Source: a virus (Duplodnaviria > Heunggongvirae > Uroviricota > Caudoviricetes). Taken from it: a stretch of DNA of 64,000 nucleotides. The stretch's first letter is position 1; each line of letters starts with the position of its first letter. Location of the stretch: the IMG/VR virus record IMGVR_UViG_3300006141_000002; one strand, 5' to 3'. A model generated the notes under the pieces. That model searched no databases. It worked only from the letters and a program-made list of their open reading frames with translations, and was not told the origin of the DNA. Positions 46,084 to 53,300 of the stretch are shown piece after piece. The position numbers and the translations under genes are program-made.

Positions 46084-46250
46084 GTGCGGTGGCGGAATAG
46101 GTAGACGCTATAACGAGAGGTAGGGTAAGACAATGGTTCGAGTCCATCGTTGTCCTCCTGTTTGGGTTCGGTGAAGTAGCCGATGGGCGACAAGCTCGGT
46201 AGCAGGTACATAATCTTACCTATGCGGGGTGAAAATCCCCGCCCGCACAA
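46084..46250 (+). other. about 167-nt tRNA-Leu-like element with expanded middle (no encoded CCA)
   Basis: 5' UGUGCGG-UG-GCGGAAUAGGUAGACGC (tRNA-Leu D arm) ... 3' GCGGGGUGAAAAUCCCCGC-CCGCACA pairing the 5' end. Confidence 0.3.
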
Positions 46251-46253
46251 TAT

Positions 46254-46329
46254 CTGGGTGTAGCTCAGTTGGCAGAGCGCGTGATTTGGGATCACGAGGC
46301 CGGGAGTTCGATCCTCCCCACTCAGACCA
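46254..46329 (+). tRNA. tRNA-Pro (anticodon TGG)
   Basis: anticodon stem CGUGA/UCACG loop UUUGGGA. Confidence 0.65.
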
Positions 46330-46332
46330 TAC

Positions 46333-46407
46333 GGCCCGGTAGTCAAGCGGTTAAGACACCAGACCTTCACTCTGGTAACGCGGGTTCGACTCCCGTCCGG
46401 GTCACCA
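46333..46407 (+). tRNA. tRNA-Glu (anticodon TTC)
   Basis: acceptor GGCCCGG/CCGGGUC, anticodon loop CCUUCAC (C33). Confidence 0.55.
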
Positions 46408-46431
46408 ATTCAACAGAAAGGGGTCTTCTTC

Positions 46432-46872
46432 ATGACACGTCAGGAATTTATCGAAGGTGTAAACTCATTCGGCGACCTAATCAGTTTCTGTGTTGATGAG
46501 GGAATTGATGATCTCTGCAACGATGTTTATGATGCAGAATACCTCAATGAAATCCTGCTGGAAACAATCGGCAATATGCGTGACTGGGAAGAAATCCGTG
46601 GCCTTCTGGCGAACATTCCGACTCGTTGCGATTACTACCGCGAGGATGGATATGGCGGATATGAGGACGCAGATTATTCATTTGACGACTACAAGAACGA
46701 AGTCCTCCGGCATATGGACGAAAACGAAGCGTGGGATGAAGAAGAAGAAAATGTCGAAGACGATATTGAAGAAGACACCGATGAAGATGCCGACGACTGG
46801 TTTGCGCCTGCTGACATCGAGGAGGATATTGAAACGGACAGCTTTATAGCTGTGCTTGGGAGGGCGAGCTGA
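46432..46872 (+). CDS. highly acidic protein, C-terminus ETDSFIAVLGRAS
   Basis: Asp/Glu-rich 146 aa; shares the C-terminal motif family. Confidence 0.5.
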   Translation: MTRQEFIEGVNSFGDLISFCVDEGIDDLCNDVYDAEYLNEILLETIGNMRDWEEIRGLLANIPTRCDYYREDGYGGYEDADYSFDDYKNEVLRHMDENEAWDEEEENVEDDIEEDTDEDADDWFAPADIEEDIETDSFIAVLGRAS

Positions 46873-47486
46873 TGGGACAGTATTATAGACCGCTGATGAT
46901 TTTTGAAGACGGAGAGGAACGGTCTGCGTATTCTCACGCATTTGACAATGGGCTCAAGCTGATGGAGCACTCATGGATCGGCAATAACTTTGTTAACGCG
47001 GTGCTGCATGAAATCGAGGACAGACCGGCCCGTATCGCATGGATGGGAGACTATGCCACCGATGCAGTGGAGGATGGATGCAACTTTGGTGATGGATATA
47101 TCACAAGTGTTGAAGCCTTCCTTGAAAAGTATAACGGCGTGTGGGGTGAATACAGAAGCGTTCAGGATATCTCACCGGAAACGCCACAATATAAGCTCGA
47201 TCTCGACAGCGCCGGGTGCTATCTGGTGAATGCAACGAAAAAGTGCTACATCGACATAGAGGAATACATAAGGCGGAACTCCGTCCGCGACAGATACGGG
47301 ATGTCTGGCGTGTGGTGTATCAACCCGCTTCCGCTTCTCACTTGCATCGGGAATGGCATGGGAGGCGGAGATTATCGCGGAGAGGCTGGCATGGGAGATG
47401 TCGGTTCTTGGGCGTTTGACAAAATCTATATCACATATCTAAGACCTGGGAACTGGGAGAGAGTTGACTACAGGTTCCAGGAGTAA
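46872..47486 (+). CDS. hypothetical protein
   Basis: 204 aa, start overlaps upstream stop (ATGA). Confidence 0.45.
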   Translation: MGQYYRPLMIFEDGEERSAYSHAFDNGLKLMEHSWIGNNFVNAVLHEIEDRPARIAWMGDYATDAVEDGCNFGDGYITSVEAFLEKYNGVWGEYRSVQDISPETPQYKLDLDSAGCYLVNATKKCYIDIEEYIRRNSVRDRYGMSGVWCINPLPLLTCIGNGMGGGDYRGEAGMGDVGSWAFDKIYITYLRPGNWERVDYRFQE

Positions 47487-47532
47487 TAATCATTTTGCAG
47501 CGTATTAGCCCACAGTCTGCGTACATAGGGCA

Positions 47533-47552
47533 CTCTGTATTGTGAATCAGAG
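47533..47552 (+). repeat. hairpin repeat copy 4 (CTCTG-TATTGTGAAT-CAGAG)
   Basis: GGGCACTCTGTATTGTGAATCAGAG. Confidence 0.55.
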
Positions 47553-47750
47553 AAACGCAAGGGTAACCGTTCACACGCTCAAAGAAGTTCCTCCGAATGA
47601 TCAAAGATCCGTACGGATCGCGGGCGATCCTCCCGGATCTTGGATCATCGGCGTCACTTCTTCAAGGCTGCAAAAAGAAAATTCCGACAGTTCTGTAATG
47701 TATATCGCCTGTTATAACCAATCAATACATAAAGCGGGCACTCCGTATTG

Positions 47751-47770
47751 TTAATCGGAGTATGGATTTG
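47751..47770 (+). repeat. hairpin repeat copy 5 with compensatory stem change (CTCCG..CGGAG)
   Basis: GGGCACTCCGTATTGTTAATCGGAG. Confidence 0.55.
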
Positions 47771-47933
47771 TTTGTTTCCTCGCTGCGCGAGCGCGACGAG
47801 GTCGGCTGACGCCGACGAAGTCGCGCCGCTCGCGAGTCCTTTGGCATCATTCAGATGTCCAGTCACATCTCACCTGGACATCTGTAATGACGGATTACAG
47901 AACGAACAACATATCAGTTTAAGGAGAAAACCA

Positions 47934-48452
47934 ATGCGGCAAGTACGAAATTCGGTGTTTGAGACCAATTCCAGCAGCACCCACTGTATTTGTATTGTGA
48001 CGGACAGGAAGGCTGAACTAGAATATCCAGAAAAGGTGTATTTTCGATGTGACGATTTTGGCCGAGAGCCTGCTGAACTGCGGTCAGTCGAGGATAAGGC
48101 TGCGTATTTATACTCCAGTATCCTGTCGCTTTATGAAATGAAAAAGGCAGAGAACGCAAAGACATGGATTATGGAAGAACTGATGAAAGTTGGTGTTCAA
48201 TGTGAGTTTGAAAAGGCCACCTATCACAGATATGGAAGCGGCGTTTATTGCGTTAATGCTTTTGTCGATCATGCTGGTGAGGACGATCATCTGAGGTTCG
48301 TGGACGGAATACTTCGGAGCAGCGGGCGGCTGCTCCGTTATTTATTCTCCGATAAAAGCGTTGTTTTAACAACAAGTGATGAAATTGACGATGATCGCGT
48401 GGAAAATTTCCATGTCGATTACCGGCACGAATTTTACTACAAGGGGAACTAA
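47934..48452 (+). CDS. hypothetical protein with N-terminal MRQVRxxVFETNSSSTH motif
   Basis: RBS TAAGGAGAAAA; paralogous N-terminus with 52986 gene. Confidence 0.45.
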   Translation: MRQVRNSVFETNSSSTHCICIVTDRKAELEYPEKVYFRCDDFGREPAELRSVEDKAAYLYSSILSLYEMKKAENAKTWIMEELMKVGVQCEFEKATYHRYGSGVYCVNAFVDHAGEDDHLRFVDGILRSSGRLLRYLFSDKSVVLTTSDEIDDDRVENFHVDYRHEFYYKGN

Positions 48453-48462
48453 GGAGGTACAT

Positions 48463-49011
48463 ATGAGTAAGGTATTGGTCATTGTTGATATGCAAAACGA
48501 TTTCATTGATGGGTCTCTTGGCACCAAAGAGGCGCAGGCGATTCTGCCGAAGGTTGTTGCGAAAGCCGAAGAGTTTGACGGCGAGATCCTTGCAACCTTT
48601 GATACCCACGATAAGGACTATCTGGAGACGCAGGAAGGGAAGATGCTCCCCGTTGAGCACTGCATTGATAAGACCGAGGGCTGGTGCGCCCCTGATGTGC
48701 TTTTCAATGCAATCGTAGACAAGGAGGAGTGGACTTCTACTTTCAGAAAGAAAACGTTTGGCTCTATTGAACTTGGCGAGTACCTGCGCATTAAAAACAG
48801 CGTGTCGAGCCATATTGACGAGATTGTCCTGGTCGGCCTCTGCACCGATATCTGTGTCATTTCCAACGCGCTGCTGCTTAAAGCGTTTTTGCCGGAAGTC
48901 AAAATTACGGTGGATGCCGCTTGCTGCGCTGGCGTGACACCAGAGAGCCACGAAAATGCCCTCAAGGCCATGAAGATGTGTCAAATCAACATTGAGAACT
49001 GGGAGGAGTAA
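48463..49011 (+). CDS. pncA: nicotinamidase/isochorismatase-family cysteine hydrolase (PncA-like)
   Basis: VDMQNDF Asp, LVGLCTDICV Cys of the D-K-C triad; RBS AAGGAGG. Confidence 0.6.
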   Translation: MSKVLVIVDMQNDFIDGSLGTKEAQAILPKVVAKAEEFDGEILATFDTHDKDYLETQEGKMLPVEHCIDKTEGWCAPDVLFNAIVDKEEWTSTFRKKTFGSIELGEYLRIKNSVSSHIDEIVLVGLCTDICVISNALLLKAFLPEVKITVDAACCAGVTPESHENALKAMKMCQINIENWEE

Positions 49012-49014
49012 GAC

Positions 49015-49815
49015 ATGATTCTGGTGAACAGAACCCCTGTTAACTTTACGCAGTTCCCAGACGGGACCACATCCTTCCGCCTTGATACCAAAGACGCTGT
49101 CTGGTTCCGTATTGAGTGGCGGTATGATGGCGACCACGAGTGTATGCTCCTGTGGCATTTGGTGCATCACATTCGGGCGAACAATCGGATGGGTGTGGAT
49201 ATTGAGCTCGTTTTGCCGTACATTCCCAATGCTCGTATGGACAGGGTCAAGAGCGGCGACGAGGTGTTCACCCTGAAATGGTTCGCCGAGTTCATTAACA
49301 CTCTCAACTTTCGTAAGGTTGAAGTGCTTGATCCACATTCCAATGTGGCGGCAGCGCTTATCGACCGCATCTGCGTGAAGGAGCCTGCGGACAATATCCG
49401 TCTGGCTATTGAGCGTGTCATGGCTGATACAGGCGATACTGATGTTCTGATGTGCTACCCGGACGAGGGCGCTGCCAAGCGGTACTCCGACCTGATGGGC
49501 CGGGAGTATGTGTTCGGTATCAAGCACCGTGACTGGCGCACTGGCAAAATTGAAGGGCTTGAACTCGCCAACAGTGAGAAGGTCGCCGGTCGAAATGTTC
49601 TTATTGTGGACGACATTTGCTCCCGTGGCGGTACGTTTACCCATACTGCTGCTGCCCTGAAAGAAGCTGGTGCAAAGGAAATTTTTCTGTATGTGTCCCA
49701 TTGTGAGAGCACCATCTTCAAGGGCTCCGTGTTGACAGATGGCCAGATTTCACGAGTATTTACAACAAACAGCATCTATCGTGGTGAACATGAGAAAGTG
49801 GCTGTATTAGAGTAG
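49015..49815 (+). CDS. PRPP-synthetase-like phosphoribosyl pyrophosphokinase (Prs/Adps-like)
   Basis: VLPYIPNARMDR (Prs catalytic flexible loop), VLIVDDICSRGGTF PRTase type I motif. Confidence 0.6.
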   Translation: MILVNRTPVNFTQFPDGTTSFRLDTKDAVWFRIEWRYDGDHECMLLWHLVHHIRANNRMGVDIELVLPYIPNARMDRVKSGDEVFTLKWFAEFINTLNFRKVEVLDPHSNVAAALIDRICVKEPADNIRLAIERVMADTGDTDVLMCYPDEGAAKRYSDLMGREYVFGIKHRDWRTGKIEGLELANSEKVAGRNVLIVDDICSRGGTFTHTAAALKEAGAKEIFLYVSHCESTIFKGSVLTDGQISRVFTTNSIYRGEHEKVAVLE

Positions 49816-49831
49816 TCATAGGAGGTGCGCG

Positions 49832-49999
49832 ATGAGATGGCTTATCAACTATATCCGCTCGCTGTTTTGCAAACATGAGTGGGAACATATCACGAGAGTA
49901 ACCAACTATTCTGAGTGGGCTCCACAGGATATGCCTATTGGATACACAGAAATATACCGTTGCAAAAAGTGTGGTTATGTCCAGAAAATTCACTATTGA
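49832..49999 (+). CDS. 55-aa zinc-ribbon protein
   Basis: CKHEW...CKKCG; RBS GGAGGTG. Confidence 0.3.
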   Translation: MRWLINYIRSLFCKHEWEHITRVTNYSEWAPQDMPIGYTEIYRCKKCGYVQKIHY

Positions 50000-50008
50000 G
50001 GTGACAAT

Positions 50009-50233
50009 ATGCTGTTTCTAATCGTTTTAATTGTTATCACTTACATTCTGATTGGTTCTTCTCTTGGCGGTTTTTACTACTACCTGATGTATAAAAAGAA
50101 CAGCTATAGCGACCTGGAAGATATGCACTATCTACCAATATGGATCATGGCTTTGTGGTTTATCGTGGCTCCTCTTGCATTTGCAATCTACTATGCGGGA
50201 AAGAAAGTTGAAAGTGAGGATGATGAGAAATGA
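50009..50233 (+). CDS. small two-TM membrane protein
   Basis: hydrophobic helices; RBS GAGGTGA. Confidence 0.4.
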   Translation: MLFLIVLIVITYILIGSSLGGFYYYLMYKKNSYSDLEDMHYLPIWIMALWFIVAPLAFAIYYAGKKVESEDDEK

Positions 50234-51756
50234 GTGGTTGTTGCTACAATCCACTGCTTTGCCTGGACTTTTACAAGACGGCCCACGCAGAGCAGTATCC
50301 GCAGACCCTGACCAAGATGGTCTCCTACTACACTCCCCGCATGACCCGGCTGGGAGACACAGATAAGGTCACGATGTTTGGCCTCCAGGCGTTCATCAAG
50401 GAGTACCTCGTTGATGCCTTCAACCACTTTTTCTTCCAAGAGGACTGGGAGGATGTCCTCAGCGAGTATAAGCGGGTTCTCAACGCCACCATCAACACCG
50501 ATGGTGTTGGAGAAAAGCGCCTGAAAGCTCTTCATGACTTGGGCTATCTTCCCCTAGAGATTCGGGCCGTGCCGGAGGGTGTGCGTACCAATATCAAGGT
50601 GCCGCAAATTGAGATTTCCAACACCCATCCGAACTTTGTGTGGCTGGTGAACTCCATTGAGACCATGCTGTCCTGCACCATGTGGCACACCCAAGTTTCC
50701 GCCGAGGTCGGCTATCGCTACCGCCAAATCGTCAACGAGTTTACAGATCGCACCTGTGATGACAGCGTGGTCCGCGCCAGACTCCTTGGCGATTTTTCCA
50801 TGCGTGGTCAAGAGAGCGTGGAGAGCGCCACCAAAAGTTCTGCCGCTTTCTGTCTCAGCTTCCTGAACACCGCCACTGTTCCCGCAATCCTGTGGCTGGA
50901 GGACAACTATCACTGCGACTGTGCTAAGGAGCCGGTAGCCTATGGCGCTTTGTCCACCGAACACAGCGTGATGTGTTCCAACTTCGCTATGGACGGTGAC
51001 GAGGTCACCCATATCCGCCGTCTGCTGACCGAGATTTACCCTCACCAGAACTTCTCCATGGTCAGTGACAGCTACGATTACTGGAATCTGGTAGACAACA
51101 TCCTGCCGCAGCTCAAAGACGAGATTCTGGCACACGATGGATGTCTGCTTATCCGTGGAGACAGTGGAGACCCCGTCGAGGTCGTGACCAAGACTGCGTT
51201 CAAGCTGTGGGACATTTTTGGAGGCACCGTGAACAGCAAGGGGTTCAAAGTGCTGAATCCGCACGTCAAGGCGTTGTATGGTGACAGCATTACTCCCCAG
51301 CGATGCAAGCAAATCTATCAGATTCTGGAATCCAACGGGTTTGCCATTAACAATGTCTCCCTTGGCGTCGGTTCCTTCTCCATGCAGTGCTTGGAGACTT
51401 TGGAACGAAGTGAACCCAATCCCGTTTCCGGTATCTCTGTTGTCAATAAGACATACGCACCATACACCCGTGACACCTTTGGTATCGCCGTTAAGGCCAC
51501 CTATGCCGAGGATGCAGACGGCAAGCCCATCATGATTTTCAAGAATCCCAAGACCGACACTGGTCACTTCAAGAAGTCTCAGCGGGGTTGCTGCCGTGTG
51601 ATCAAAAACGGTGATAACTACATCTATAAGGATGGCCTAACTTGGGCTGAGGCTCAAGAGAACAATGAATTACGGGTGGTCTTCAAGAATGGGGAGTTCA
51701 TCAAAATTTATACCTTGGATGAGGTTCGGCAGAATCTCCATGGAGGGGAATTTTGA
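50230..51756 (+). CDS. nadV: nicotinamide phosphoribosyltransferase (NAMPT/NadV/Namat-like)
   Basis: 508 aa; CYNPLLCLDFYKTAHAEQYP N-terminus typical of NAMPT; start overlaps upstream stop. Confidence 0.65.
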   Translation: MSGCCYNPLLCLDFYKTAHAEQYPQTLTKMVSYYTPRMTRLGDTDKVTMFGLQAFIKEYLVDAFNHFFFQEDWEDVLSEYKRVLNATINTDGVGEKRLKALHDLGYLPLEIRAVPEGVRTNIKVPQIEISNTHPNFVWLVNSIETMLSCTMWHTQVSAEVGYRYRQIVNEFTDRTCDDSVVRARLLGDFSMRGQESVESATKSSAAFCLSFLNTATVPAILWLEDNYHCDCAKEPVAYGALSTEHSVMCSNFAMDGDEVTHIRRLLTEIYPHQNFSMVSDSYDYWNLVDNILPQLKDEILAHDGCLLIRGDSGDPVEVVTKTAFKLWDIFGGTVNSKGFKVLNPHVKALYGDSITPQRCKQIYQILESNGFAINNVSLGVGSFSMQCLETLERSEPNPVSGISVVNKTYAPYTRDTFGIAVKATYAEDADGKPIMIFKNPKTDTGHFKKSQRGCCRVIKNGDNYIYKDGLTWAEAQENNELRVVFKNGEFIKIYTLDEVRQNLHGGEF

Positions 51757-52195
51757 TGTCTATCAAAATAATTGATGGAGACCTGTTCTCTACAAAATCA
51801 AATTATATTTGCCACCAAGTGAACTGCCAAGGGAAAATGGGAAGCGGCGTCGCAAAGCAGATAAGGACAAAATTCCCCACAGTTTACAAATGGTATAAGG
51901 TCAGGTGCGATGAGGGCGCACACCTGTTGATGGCAAGAATATTGATCCCCAGGTTGTTTGCAATCTGTTTTCTCAAGACCAGTACGGTTATAACGGAAGG
52001 CAGTACACAGACTATGCAGCTTTTGAAAAGTGTCTACTCCAATTAAAACAGATCGTTCCTGCTGGCGAGACGATTGCAATGCCATACAAGATTGGATGTG
52101 GTCTTGGTGGAGGCAACTGGGGTGTTGTGTTCGGAATCATTGAGAAGATTCTTGGCCAGCAATACACGGTAGAACTATGGAGAAAAGAGGGGTAA
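51753..52195 (+). pseudogene. TARG1/OARD1-like macro domain gene interrupted by a -1 frameshift near 51915
   Basis: N-terminal GDLFS..ICHQVNCQGKMGSGVAKQIRTKF in frame 0 (to 52046); C-terminal MPYKIGCGLGGGNWGVVFGIIEKI in frame -1 (51914-52195). Confidence 0.5.
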
Positions 52196-52198
52196 TTT

Positions 52199-52963
52199 AT
52201 GCTTCCAAACCCAAAACACACAAAAGACGCAATCGTTCAGTGGATTCGTGATTATTTTCAGGAAAACGGCCCGGAGTGCAGTGCGGTTGTCGGAATTTCT
52301 GGCGGGAAAGACAGCTCGATTGTCGCCGCCCTGTGCGTTGAGGCGCTCGGCAAAGACCGCGTATTTGGTGTTTTGATGCCAAATGGTGTCCAGCACGACA
52401 TCAAGGACAGCCGAAAGGTAGTGGAGACGCTTGGCATTGAGCACTGCACTATCAATATCGGAGGAGCGATTGAGCGTCTGACTTTGGAAATTCGCGGTTA
52501 TATGCCTGTAACGGAGCAGTCGAAGGTAAATCTGCCAGCTCGCATCCGCATGGCAACACTGTATGCGGTTGCGCAGTCGCTTCCGAACGGCGGACGGGTA
52601 GCCAACACATGTAATGGCTCAGAGGATTATGTGGGATATTCCACAAAGTTTGGGGACAGTGCGGGAGATTTCAGTCCTCTTGCCAGTCTCCTGGTGAGTG
52701 AAGTCCTGCAAATCGGGTACGAATTGCCCATTCCGCGTGAACTGGTGGACAAAACGCCGTCTGACGGCCTGTGTGGCAAAAGTGACGAGGACAATCTCGG
52801 TTTTACCTATGCGCAGCTCGACAAGTACATCATGGTCGGTACAACAGGAGATCCTTCGCTTGACAGTAAAATCAAGACCATGAACGAGCGTAACCTGCAC
52901 AAGCTCCTGCCGATGCCATTCTTTCAGAATGTGACATCGCGGCCTATAAAATGTGAGTTTTAA
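52199..52963 (+). CDS. nadE: NH3-dependent NAD+ synthetase
   Basis: PP-loop VVGISGGKDSS; 254 aa. Confidence 0.7.
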   Translation: MLPNPKHTKDAIVQWIRDYFQENGPECSAVVGISGGKDSSIVAALCVEALGKDRVFGVLMPNGVQHDIKDSRKVVETLGIEHCTINIGGAIERLTLEIRGYMPVTEQSKVNLPARIRMATLYAVAQSLPNGGRVANTCNGSEDYVGYSTKFGDSAGDFSPLASLLVSEVLQIGYELPIPRELVDKTPSDGLCGKSDEDNLGFTYAQLDKYIMVGTTGDPSLDSKIKTMNERNLHKLLPMPFFQNVTSRPIKCEF

Positions 52964-52985
52964 TCGCAATCAAAAAGGAGAGCGT

Positions 52986-53282
52986 ATGAGACAAGTAAGA
53001 TGTGGAGTGTTTGAAACAAACAGCAGCTCCACGCATAGCATCGTTATCTGCACGCAGGAAGAATACGAGAAATTCAAGCAGGATGAACTGATGTATGACT
53101 GCTTCGATGGCAAACTCGTTCCGTATTCAAAGCTGCTCCTCGAATCTGAGGAATACCGATATCAGGATCATCGACACTTGGGTTACAGTGACTGGGGTTC
53201 TATGGAATCATACTCCCACTACTTCACTACGCCGAGTGGAGACAAGATGGTCGCGTTTGGTGAGTACGGGAGAGACGGATAA
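52986..53282 (+). CDS. hypothetical protein with MRQVRCGVFETNSSSTH N-terminus (paralog of 47934)
   Basis: RBS AAAGGAGAG. Confidence 0.4.
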   Translation: MRQVRCGVFETNSSSTHSIVICTQEEYEKFKQDELMYDCFDGKLVPYSKLLLESEEYRYQDHRHLGYSDWGSMESYSHYFTTPSGDKMVAFGEYGRDG

Positions 53283-53300
53283 GATAAGGGAGGAACCTTC

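Noticed and set aside
46068-46370. 100-aa minus-strand ORF
   Set aside because: It lies over the tRNA-like element and tRNA-Pro.
40878-47770. CRISPR array interpretation of the CTCTG..CAGAG hairpin repeats
   Set aside because: The copies are 0.2-4 kb apart, are separated by genes, and have no uniform spacer lengths.
48253-51567. long minus-strand ORFs (48253-49701, 50554-51567) across the NAD cluster
   Set aside because: They run antisense to genes with clear enzyme motifs (PncA, Prs-like, NAMPT). This is an artefact of GC-rich third positions.
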